DNA from: Minisyncoccota bacterium
GTDB taxonomy: Bacteria; Patescibacteriota; Minisyncoccia; Phycocordibacterales; UBA5272
NCBI GenBank assembly: GCA_018063165.1
Contig: JAGOQU010000001.1
Coordinates: forward strand, 130,330-194,329
DNA length: 64,000 nt
Direction of reading: 5' to 3'
Part shown: positions 47,964 through 56,470 of the stretch, in pieces
How the letters are laid out: each line of letters opens with the position of its first letter
Position numbering within the stretch: the stretch's first letter is position 1
Made by a program: the position numbers and the translations under genes
The notes under the pieces: model-generated
Databases searched by the model: none
What the model was told of the DNA's origin: nothing
The model's input: the letters and a program-made list of their open reading frames with translations, nothing else

Positions 47964-48851
47964 ATGGCTGATAAATATTCTGCGGTGTGGGTATCGCATT
48001 CTTCTATGGGGGATTTTATTAAATGTCCACGTTTGTATTATTTACATAATATGTATAAAAGTGGAAAGACAGGCAGAAAAATGTCTATTGTAAGTCCTTA
48101 CATGTCTTTAGGTATTGCTGTTCATGAGGTGTTAGAAGGTCTAGCAGAATATCCTGCACACGAAAGGCTTGATCGTGATTTATTTGCTTTGTATGAAGAA
48201 GCGTGGAGTAAAGTAAGTGGTAAAAAGGGTGGTTTCACTTCAACCGAAGAAGAAGAAATGTTTAAAAGCAGAGGAAAAGAAATGATTTCTAATGTTATTA
48301 ATGATCCAAAATTTTTATCTAACAAATGTATAAAACTTAAACGTGACACTATGCCATGTAATTTTTATATTAGTGAAGATCATAATATTATTTTAAATGG
48401 TCTTGTGGATTGGATAGAATATTTACCAGAAACTGACTCTCTTCATATAGTTGATTTTAAAACTGGGAAACATGAAGAAAAAGAAGGGTCTCTCCAACTT
48501 CCTATTTATCTTCTTCTTTGTGACGCTCTTCAAAAAAGAAAAGTAACTAAAGCAAGTTATTGGTATTTAGATAGTGGAAAAATGGTAGAAAAAGAATTAC
48601 CAGATATCGAAGTTGCTAAACGAGATGTGCTTGATACAGCAATGAAAGTAAAAGAAGCTAGACGTATTGCAAAGAAAGAAGGCGAAGAACAAGTATTTGT
48701 ATGTCCTTCTGGAAAGTATGATAAGGATACTAAAGAGGGTGGTTGTGTACACTGTCGTCCATATGAGTGGATATTAACTGGAGATTCTCGTGTCGAGCCA
48801 GTTGGTATTGGTGGATTTAATCAAGATATATTTATTCTTAATAAAGAATAA
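47964..48851 (+). CDS. Cas4/AddB-like PD-(D/E)xK nuclease with Cys residues placed for a 4Fe-4S cluster
   Basis: An N-terminal Cys (FIKCPRLYY). The nuclease core IVDFKTGKHEEKEGSLQLPIYLLL (DxK, QxxxY). A C-terminal Cys triad CPSGKYDKDTKEGGCVHC. Confidence 0.65.
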   Translation: MADKYSAVWVSHSSMGDFIKCPRLYYLHNMYKSGKTGRKMSIVSPYMSLGIAVHEVLEGLAEYPAHERLDRDLFALYEEAWSKVSGKKGGFTSTEEEEMFKSRGKEMISNVINDPKFLSNKCIKLKRDTMPCNFYISEDHNIILNGLVDWIEYLPETDSLHIVDFKTGKHEEKEGSLQLPIYLLLCDALQKRKVTKASYWYLDSGKMVEKELPDIEVAKRDVLDTAMKVKEARRIAKKEGEEQVFVCPSGKYDKDTKEGGCVHCRPYEWILTGDSRVEPVGIGGFNQDIFILNKE

Positions 48852-48852
48852 A

Positions 48853-49478
48853 TTAGTATTCTAAACGATACGTTTTATAATTTCTTTTTGTTGGTGTTAT
48901 AACTTCCATGAAAGAAAATTTTTCTTGTATATCAATATTTTCTTTTACTGCTTCTGTCACAAAAATTTCTCCTGTTTTTGCAATATCTTCTCCTAGTTTA
49001 CTTGCTGCATTTACTTCTTCACCGAAAACATCAGTGTCTCCTATCTTTAGTACTTTTCCGTAGCCAAGGCCTACACATAAAAGTACTTGTTCTTCTTTAC
49101 TTTTCTTTTTGTTGTATATTTTGAGTGATTTTTGCATCTTGACCGAAGCATGAAGTGCTTTAGAAATATTTCTAAAAATAACTAAATAGCTATCGCCTTC
49201 AATTTTTAAAAGTATACCGTCATGATCTTCTAATATAGGAATAAGCAATCTTTGAGATTCTTGTATTGTTTGCAAAAAATGTATAATACCAAACTTTTCT
49301 ACATGTCTAGAAAACCAGATAGATCTGTAAACATGACACACCATTCTTCTCCAAACAAATCCCATATTCTTTTGTCTATTTCTTTTTTATTGGTACCTTT
49401 TTGTAATCGTTCTGTAATAAGATTTTCCAATCTATCTTCCGAAGCTGAAGTGAGTATAAGTTTTTGTAAGTCATAAGG
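48853..49478 (-). pseudogene. Stand-alone class III nucleotidyl cyclase catalytic domain, split by a frameshift at an A4 run (plus-strand 49311-49314)
   Basis: The downstream frame gives ...KIEGDSYLVIF...GLGYGKVLKIGD...FGEEVNAASKLGE (cyclase motifs). The upstream frame, my own translation, gives ...RIWDLFGEEWCVMFTDLSGFLDM*, which carries the first metal-binding Asp in F(T)DLSGF. One extra T on the minus strand would fuse them as ...TDLSGFSRHVEKFG... Confidence 0.55.
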
Positions 49479-49544
49479 TGTGCAAGTGATATATAATATC
49501 TATATTCTAGTATTATTTTATGAAATAGTAAAAGTGTATAAAAT

Positions 49545-49585
49545 AAAAAGGGTGATTCGCGTAGCGAATCACCATTTTGTTTATG
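49545..49585 (-). terminator. Terminator downstream of the PhoH2 gene
   Basis: GGTGATTCGCgtaGCGAATCACC with a T-run on the minus strand. Confidence 0.65.
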
Positions 49586-49593
49586 TTTATATA

Positions 49594-51158
49594 TTACAAT
49601 ACATCATTTGCATAACTTGCAAGTCTGGAACGTTCACCTGTTGGAAGTATGAGATGTCCACCATATTTCCATCCTTTGAAGCGTTCTACAACATATGTAA
49701 GACCAGAAGATCCTTCTGTCATATATGGTGCGTCAATTTGCGTTAAATTTCCAAGGAGAACCATTTTTGTACCAGGACCTGCACGCGTTACAAGTAATTT
49801 TGTTTGCTTTTGTGTCAGGTTTTGAGCTTCGTCTACTATTACAAATTTATTGAGAAATGTTCTTCCTCTCATGAAGCCTAAGGTTTTTACTGAAATCATT
49901 TCAGTGATTTCTTTTGCTTTTTCTCGTTTTTCCATTTCCCTTATTGTGTGAGAATGGTTAGATGTACTAGGTCGTTCAATTTTTTTTGTTTCACTGGTTT
50001 GGGTGTATTCAGCAAGAAACTCTAAATTGTCGTGTAATGCACCCATCCATGGATCCATCTTTTCTTTTTCTGTTCCAGGTAGGAATCCGATATCTTCACT
50101 TGTAGAAATTAATGCTCTTGTTATGATAATTTCTGAGTATATCCCTTTTCTTACTTGATCAATGCCCGCAGCTAATGCAAGGAGTGTTTTTCCTGTACCT
50201 GCAACACCAAGTAAAGTAACAATGTCAATATTTTGATCCATAAGCAGATTTGCAGCATAATTCTGCTCTCTGTTACGAGTCATAATACCAAGAATATTAT
50301 TTTTAGGTATCGAATAATCAGTAATTGTTTCAAGAATTGTTACTGCGTCATCTTTATCAACAATTCGAAGATCTTTTTTAAAAGATGACTCTCTTAAATC
50401 GTAAATAAATTCATTAGGAAGTAGTGGCTTTGCAAGTTCGTGAGGTGTTTTATACTGAGTCTGTACTCCATTTTTAGAAGAGGCAAAATTATCAAGCTTG
50501 TCCCAAAATCTCTGATGAAGTGCAGTTGATCCTGGGTATAGTAAATCTATATCTTGAATTACCACGTCATTAAAATAATCCTGAACCAGAATGCCTTGAG
50601 TTTTTGCTTCAATAAACATATTGTTATCTTTGGTTACAAGAATAACTTGATATTTACCTTCAAATTTTTCAGTAAGCTTTTTGGCAACAGAAAGAATTTT
50701 TGTATCTGCTTTTGTTGTACTCTCGTCAATTTCAATATCGTTTGTCTGAAGATACAGTCTACCAGTTGCAATTTTTTGGACGCTTCCTTAAGTGGGATAC
50801 CGTCTCTAATGTTCTGAGAATGTTTAGATAATTCACTTTTTAGAGTTCGAGAAAACTCTCTACTATTTCTTGCTGTATCGTCGGTACCTTTTTTGTGATT
50901 ATCAAGCTCAGCGCGTACAACTGTTGGTATGTAGACATCATTATCTTCAAATTTAAAGATACAATTAGGGTCACTAAGAATAACATTTGTATCCAAGATA
51001 AACAATTTCCGAAGGGGAATGATTTTTACTTTTTTTCTTTCAACTTGAGAAAGATTTCCTTTTTTTTGAGATGACAAGTTTACTGCTTGTTGTTGTAGAC
51101 GTGAACGAGTTTGCTTTCCTTCAAATACATTCCGAGTGGAATTATTTTTTGGTAACAT
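49594..51158 (-). pseudogene. PhoH2 (PIN domain fused to PhoH-like ATPase), interrupted by a frameshift at a T6/A6 homopolymer (50773-50778)
   Basis: The upstream ORF (50634-51158) holds the N-terminal half of the PIN domain (FILDTNVILSDPN...VVRAEL). The alternative frame continues IATGRLYLQTNDIEIDESTTKADTKILSVAKKL...VILVTKDNNMFIEAK straight into the PhoH ORF (Walker A GVAGTGKT, then FVIVDEAQN). A7 instead of A6 on the minus strand would restore ...ASKKIATG... Confidence 0.7.
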
Positions 51159-51271
51159 ACTTTTCTCCTTGAAGTTTGTTAAAGAACTTTAAAACCATAT
51201 ACAATACTGGACTTTTTTAAATATAATGCAAGTTATTTTTTTTGAATGGTAGAATGTAGTTATAATATAGT

Positions 51272-51850
51272 ATGGGTAAAATAAAATTAGAATTTCAAAA
51301 AGAAATACTTCTTTTAAATAAAAATATAGTGTATACACATAAAAAGAGTAAAACTAGTTCTAGTATTAAACTTGCTGTGTATAAAAATGGAGATTTTATT
51401 GTTACATCGCCATTTTTTGTAACTGAATCGTCTGTCTATAATTTTATTATTGCTAAAGCATCTTGGATATTAAAAAAAATTGAGTATTTTAAAAATAAAC
51501 CACAACAAGAAAGAATTATACATTCAGCTGGTGAAATTATTGCATACAAAAAACAGGCAGAAGATATTCTTTCAAAAAGATTGCTACACTTTAATGCACA
51601 TTATAATTTTTCATATAATAGAGTGACTATTAAAAATGTAACTACACGATGGGGGAGTTGTTCAAGTAAAAGTAATCTTAATTTTAATTACAAGATGGCA
51701 CTTTTACCAGAAGAATTAGTGGATTATATTGTTGTACATGAACTTTGTCATTTACGAGAGATGAATCATTCAAAAAAGTTTTGGCAATTGGTTGAAGAAA
51801 AAATTCCTAATCATAAAGAATTGCGAAAGCAATTAAAATTCTACCAATAG
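51272..51850 (+). CDS. YgjP-like (DUF45) metal-dependent hydrolase with an HExxH motif
   Basis: TTRWGSCSSKSNLNFNYKMALLPEELVDYIVVHELCHLREMNHSKKFW. Confidence 0.8.
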   Translation: MGKIKLEFQKEILLLNKNIVYTHKKSKTSSSIKLAVYKNGDFIVTSPFFVTESSVYNFIIAKASWILKKIEYFKNKPQQERIIHSAGEIIAYKKQAEDILSKRLLHFNAHYNFSYNRVTIKNVTTRWGSCSSKSNLNFNYKMALLPEELVDYIVVHELCHLREMNHSKKFWQLVEEKIPNHKELRKQLKFYQ

Positions 51851-51905
51851 ATGTAAAACATAAAAGTATCTAAATTACAATAAATATGCTATACTGTCTA
51901 GTATT

Positions 51906-52655
51906 ATGACAGAAAAAATCTATCTATATGGTCGAAACCCTTTAAAAGAGGCACTTCTTGCAATTAAACGCGGAAAGACATCTCTTATTGAAAAACTTTT
52001 TATTACAAAACAAGCAGAAGAAGATCCTAAAATAATGAGTCTTATTCAAGCTAATAAACTTACGTATGATGTTGTAACGTATCAAGAAATTGAAAGTATG
52101 GTTGGTAAAGGAGTTGTTCATCAGGGTGTATGTGCTCTCCTTAAAGAAAGTGAGTTATATACTTCATTTGAAAAAGTTTTAGCTACAGCTAAAGCTAAAG
52201 AAGGTAATTCAGTTTTTGTGCTTCTTGATAAACTTCAGGACCCTCACAATGTTGGAGCAATTATTCGTTCATCTGTAGCTTTTGGCGCAGATGCTATCCT
52301 TCTGCCAGAGCATGATCAAGCCCTTCTTTCTGGTACAGTTATAAAAACTTCTTCTGGCATGTCTTTCGCTATTCCTGTAGTAAAAATTGGTAACACTAAT
52401 ACACTATTAACTAAATTAAAAGATAATGGTTTTTGGACATATGGCTTAACCGGTGAAGGTGAAACAAAATTGCAATCAGTAACATTTGATACAAATACAG
52501 TAATCGTAGTGGGAGGTGAAGGAGATGGTGTACGTACAAAGACTCTAGAATTGTGTGATTTTAGATTATCTATTGAAACAAGTGATTTGTGTGAATCACT
52601 TAATGCATCAAACGCAAGTGCTGTTGTGCTTTATGAATGGAAAAAGCAAAATTAG
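51906..52655 (+). CDS. rlmB: SpoU-family 23S rRNA 2'-O-methyltransferase (RlmB-like)
   Basis: N-terminal LYGRNPLKEAL, then LDKLQDPHNVGAIIRS and VVGGEGDGV. Confidence 0.85.
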   Translation: MTEKIYLYGRNPLKEALLAIKRGKTSLIEKLFITKQAEEDPKIMSLIQANKLTYDVVTYQEIESMVGKGVVHQGVCALLKESELYTSFEKVLATAKAKEGNSVFVLLDKLQDPHNVGAIIRSSVAFGADAILLPEHDQALLSGTVIKTSSGMSFAIPVVKIGNTNTLLTKLKDNGFWTYGLTGEGETKLQSVTFDTNTVIVVGGEGDGVRTKTLELCDFRLSIETSDLCESLNASNASAVVLYEWKKQN

Positions 52656-52687
52656 TTAGAGTAAAATTGGAATTATAATAAAAATAC

Positions 52688-53956
52688 ATGTCAGTACCAG
52701 AACAACAGAATAAGATATGGGATGTCGTAGTTATTGGTGGTGGTCCTGCGGGTATGATGGCTGCTGGACGTGCAGGGGAGCTCGGTAAAAAGGTTCTTCT
52801 TCTTGAAAAAAATACAGTACTTGGTAAAAAACTTTTAATTACTGGTGGTGGTAGATGTAATGTAACAAATAATAAAACAAACACACGAGAGATGCTTTCG
52901 AAGTACAAAGGAAATGATCAATTTCTTTTTTCTGCTTTTTCACAATTTGATGTTACGTCAACACTTTCTTTTTTTAATGAAAAAGGTATGCCTACAAAAG
53001 AAGAAAATGAAGGAAGAATTTTTCCTGTTTCTAATTCTTCCCAATCTGTGTACGATGTACTTTACGCTTACATGAAAAAAGGTAATGTTGAAATCAGAAA
53101 AAGTAGTATTGTTGGAGGCATAGAAAAATCAAAAGATGGTGACTCTCTTGTTATACGTACTAAGAGTGGTAATGATATACATACAAAAAAGTGTATCCTT
53201 GCAACAGGTGGAACATCTCGTCCTGAAACTGGATCAACTGGAGAAGGGTTTATGTGGCTTAAAAAATTAGGACATACTGTTACTGAAAGTAGTGCATCTT
53301 TAGTGCCAGTTGCTCTCTCTGATACATGGGTTAAAAAGATAAGTGGTCTCACATTAGATGATGTACGTCTTACTACGTATCAAAATGGGCAAAAGCAAGA
53401 AGCTTATAAAGGAAAATTATTATTTACTCATTTTGGTATAAGTGGTCCAATGGTTCTTAATATGAGTAAAGATATAGGTGAACTTTTGAAATATGGAGAG
53501 GTTACACTAAAGCTTGATCTTTTTCCTGGAAAAGATGGAAGTAAAATTAAAAATGAGTTACAAAATATTCTTGTAACAGAAAGCAATAAAAAATTAAAAA
53601 ATGTTCTTGGTGTGATGATACCTTCAGCGCTAGTGACACCACTTCTTGATATAACAACTATAGATGGACAAACACCTAACCACAGTGTAAGTAGTGAAGA
53701 TAGAGTAAAACTTGTTAAGTATATGAAGGAGATACCTCTTTCTGTAAAAGAATTGTTAGGAAAAGATAAAGCTATTGTTTCTTCTGGAGGAGTTGCTCTT
53801 ACTGAAGTTGATTTTAAAACTATGGAATCACGTATAGTAAAAAATGTATATATAGTTGGAGATGTTCTTAATATAGATAGACCTTCTGGAGGATATAGTT
53901 TACAACTATGTTGGACGACAGGATATGTTGCAGGTACAGCAATAGGTAAAGAATAG
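52688..53956 (+). CDS. HI0933/BaiN-family NAD(P)/FAD-dependent oxidoreductase
   Basis: WDVVVIGGGPAGMMAAGRAGELGKKVLLLEKN...LITGGGRCNVTN. Confidence 0.85.
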   Translation: MSVPEQQNKIWDVVVIGGGPAGMMAAGRAGELGKKVLLLEKNTVLGKKLLITGGGRCNVTNNKTNTREMLSKYKGNDQFLFSAFSQFDVTSTLSFFNEKGMPTKEENEGRIFPVSNSSQSVYDVLYAYMKKGNVEIRKSSIVGGIEKSKDGDSLVIRTKSGNDIHTKKCILATGGTSRPETGSTGEGFMWLKKLGHTVTESSASLVPVALSDTWVKKISGLTLDDVRLTTYQNGQKQEAYKGKLLFTHFGISGPMVLNMSKDIGELLKYGEVTLKLDLFPGKDGSKIKNELQNILVTESNKKLKNVLGVMIPSALVTPLLDITTIDGQTPNHSVSSEDRVKLVKYMKEIPLSVKELLGKDKAIVSSGGVALTEVDFKTMESRIVKNVYIVGDVLNIDRPSGGYSLQLCWTTGYVAGTAIGKE

Positions 53957-53981
53957 AATTGTCGTATTAAAAATATAAAAA

Positions 53982-54010
53982 GTGTAGCTTATTATAGCTA
54001 CACTTTCGTT
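53982..54010. terminator. Bidirectional terminator
   Basis: AAAGTGTAGCTtattatAGCTACACTTT between convergent genes. Confidence 0.6.
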
Positions 54011-54031
54011 AATTATTTAAAAGATATTTTC

Positions 54032-54364
54032 TTATCCGGCATCTATTTTTGCAATAGTTTTATCATCTTTATCCCGTATAAATGATAATGTTCCATTATC
54101 AATTTCTTTTGCACTTACTATCGCTTCTTGCAATGTGATAAAAACTTTCTTCTTCCGTATATGTTGATATATGCCTTGAACTATAAAAGGTCCTTTTTCA
54201 TTAAGTTTGTCGGGTATTTCTTGTAATTGTTTACTAATATACAAGCCTTCTTTGTATGGTTTTAAAGCTAATGCATACTCTGCAATAAAATACACAAGAA
54301 TAGACGAACGAAATCCATTAAATGTAAAAGGCATTTTATAAAAATGCTCATCGTTGTATTTCAT
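54032..54364 (-). CDS. Hypothetical protein
   Basis: 110-aa ORF, no motif recognised. Confidence 0.4.
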   Translation of the reverse strand: MKYNDEHFYKMPFTFNGFRSSILVYFIAEYALALKPYKEGLYISKQLQEIPDKLNEKGPFIVQGIYQHIRKKKVFITLQEAIVSAKEIDNGTLSFIRDKDDKTIAKIDAG

Positions 54365-54472
54365 AGAAGTGTCCTTATTTGAATATGATGAGTAAAGAGC
54401 TGGTATTATATTACTATTATTTTATATTTTGTCAAAGAAGATTAGACTATATAAATATGTTAGAATGATTAC

Positions 54473-55522
54473 ATGTTTAATCGTTTGTACCAAAATTTTT
54501 CTAATGATATCGGAATAGACCTGGGAACGGCGAACACCCTTGTGTATCTTCGTGGTAGAGGTATCGTCATTAATGAGCCTTCAGTTGTTGCACTTAATAC
54601 AAAAACTAATCGTGTTGTGGCTGTAGGTCTTGAAGCAAAAAATATGATGGGTCGTACACCTCATCATATACGTATAGTAAGACCTCTTGTTGATGGAGTT
54701 ATTTCTGACTATGAAGTAACTGAAGAAATGCTTTCTTATCTTATTAATAAAGCTAATGATTCTGTAAAAAAACTTTTTAGACCACGTGTTGTTATCGGTA
54801 TTCCTGTTGGAATAACAAACGTAGAAATGCGTGCTGTGTATGATGCTGCAAAATCAGCTGGTGCACGTGAGGTATATATTGTAGAAGAACCTATGGCTGC
54901 AGCTATAGGTGTCCACATGCCTATACATGATCCTGTTGGAAGTATGATGGTGGACATTGGTGGTGGAACTACAGATATTGCTGTTATAGCTCTTTCTGGT
55001 GTTGTAAGAGCAAAGAGTTTAAAGATTGCTGGAGATAAGTTAACAGAAGATATTATTGCGTATATGCGTGATGAGTTTAAAATGCTGATTGGTGAAAAAA
55101 CTGGTGAACATATAAAAATAACAATAGGTTCAGCGCTTCCTGATGAAAATGGAGAAGAATTAAGTATAAAAGGAAGAGATCTTGTTACAGGTCTTCCTCG
55201 CGAAGCTGTTATAACAGATGTTGATATTCGTGAAGCGATGTATGGTTCTATTTCTCAATTAGTTGATGCAATAAGAGAAGTTCTTGAGACTACTCCGCCA
55301 GAAGTACTTTCGGATATTATGCAAAAAGGTATGACACTTTCTGGTGGTGGAGCACTTATTAAAAATTTACCACAACTTCTCGAAATGCAGTTGAAAGTTC
55401 CTGTAACAGTAGCTGATGACCCACTTACTGCTGTTGCTCGAGGTGCTGGTATTATTTTAGAAAATGTTGGTCTTTATAAAGATGTTTTAATTCAAGATAC
55501 CAATGACATATCTTTCAGGTAG
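54473..55522 (+). CDS. mreB: Rod shape-determining protein MreB
   Basis: IGIDLGTANTLVY...DIGGGTTDIAVI (the actin-fold phosphate loops). Confidence 0.95.
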   Translation: MFNRLYQNFSNDIGIDLGTANTLVYLRGRGIVINEPSVVALNTKTNRVVAVGLEAKNMMGRTPHHIRIVRPLVDGVISDYEVTEEMLSYLINKANDSVKKLFRPRVVIGIPVGITNVEMRAVYDAAKSAGAREVYIVEEPMAAAIGVHMPIHDPVGSMMVDIGGGTTDIAVIALSGVVRAKSLKIAGDKLTEDIIAYMRDEFKMLIGEKTGEHIKITIGSALPDENGEELSIKGRDLVTGLPREAVITDVDIREAMYGSISQLVDAIREVLETTPPEVLSDIMQKGMTLSGGGALIKNLPQLLEMQLKVPVTVADDPLTAVARGAGIILENVGLYKDVLIQDTNDISFR

Positions 55523-55544
55523 AGATCAAAAAAAGAAAAAAATA

Positions 55545-56306
55545 ATGTATATTTTTTTTCCGATAGTTTTTTTCTTTTTCTGTATTATGTATTGGGTGTA
55601 TGCACGAGGTTTTTTGTACCCTTTTTTTGTCACTGTAGTTACAAAATATAGTTCAGTTAAATATTCTATTATGCATGTGCCAGATTTTTTTTCTACATAC
55701 ACCACCTCACGCGCATTACTCACAGAAAAAAATAAAACATATGAAATTACTATTGAAAGGCTTGAAAATGAGTTGGCAGAAAAAAATGCAAAATTAAAAG
55801 AGTTTGGTGTTATATCTGTTGATTTAGGTGATTCTTATGTATCATCTACTATAGTGATGTATCCACTTGTGGAAGATATTACTAAAATATATTCCACTAT
55901 TCTTCTTTCAAAAGGTTTCAAAGACGGTGTAGAAAAAGATGCAAATGTGTATGTTCGAGGATTACAACCTGTATGTAGTATAAAAGAAGTATTTACTTCT
56001 ACATCTCTTTGTGAACTTTTATCTGCTTCAGGACGAGAAGTAGAAGCTGTTATTGGAAACGAAACCTCATCATCGACAATAGCTGTTACTTTGATTGGTC
56101 GAGGAGGGGGAGCGTTTTTGGCTGATGTAGCAAGGGATACGCCGATAGTTGTAGGAGATGCAGTTTTTTTAAAAAGTGATCAATCTATGCGTATAGGTCA
56201 TGTTGTAGATGTTATACATAATAATCAAGATACTTCGTGGAGGGTGTTTGTTAGAGGGGCTTATAACCCTGTTACTTCTTCTACATTTTACATAAGAAGA
56301 AAATAA
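55545..56306 (+). CDS. mreC: Rod shape-determining protein MreC
   Basis: TM anchor, a coiled coil (LENELAEKNAKLKEF) and beta-rich C-terminal domains. Sits immediately after mreB. Confidence 0.75.
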   Translation: MYIFFPIVFFFFCIMYWVYARGFLYPFFVTVVTKYSSVKYSIMHVPDFFSTYTTSRALLTEKNKTYEITIERLENELAEKNAKLKEFGVISVDLGDSYVSSTIVMYPLVEDITKIYSTILLSKGFKDGVEKDANVYVRGLQPVCSIKEVFTSTSLCELLSASGREVEAVIGNETSSSTIAVTLIGRGGGAFLADVARDTPIVVGDAVFLKSDQSMRIGHVVDVIHNNQDTSWRVFVRGAYNPVTSSTFYIRRK

Positions 56307-56308
56307 AA

Positions 56309-56470
56309 TATGTCGTACAAAACTTTGATTATTTTTTTAGCTATTTTTTTTACACTTATGTTTGATACTGTTTTAGGTACATCAAGATATCCAATTCTTA
56401 CTATTATTCTTTGTGGTATAGTAAGTATATACATATATGTTTCACCTTTTATCTACACATCGCGCTAGAA
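56309..56470 (+). CDS. Candidate MreD-like micro-membrane protein (53 aa)
   Basis: My own translation gives MSYKTLIIFLAIFFTLMFDTVLGTSRYPILTIILCGIVSIYIYVSPFIYTSR*. It lies between mreC and PBP2 and is below the ORF-track length cutoff. Confidence 0.35.
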
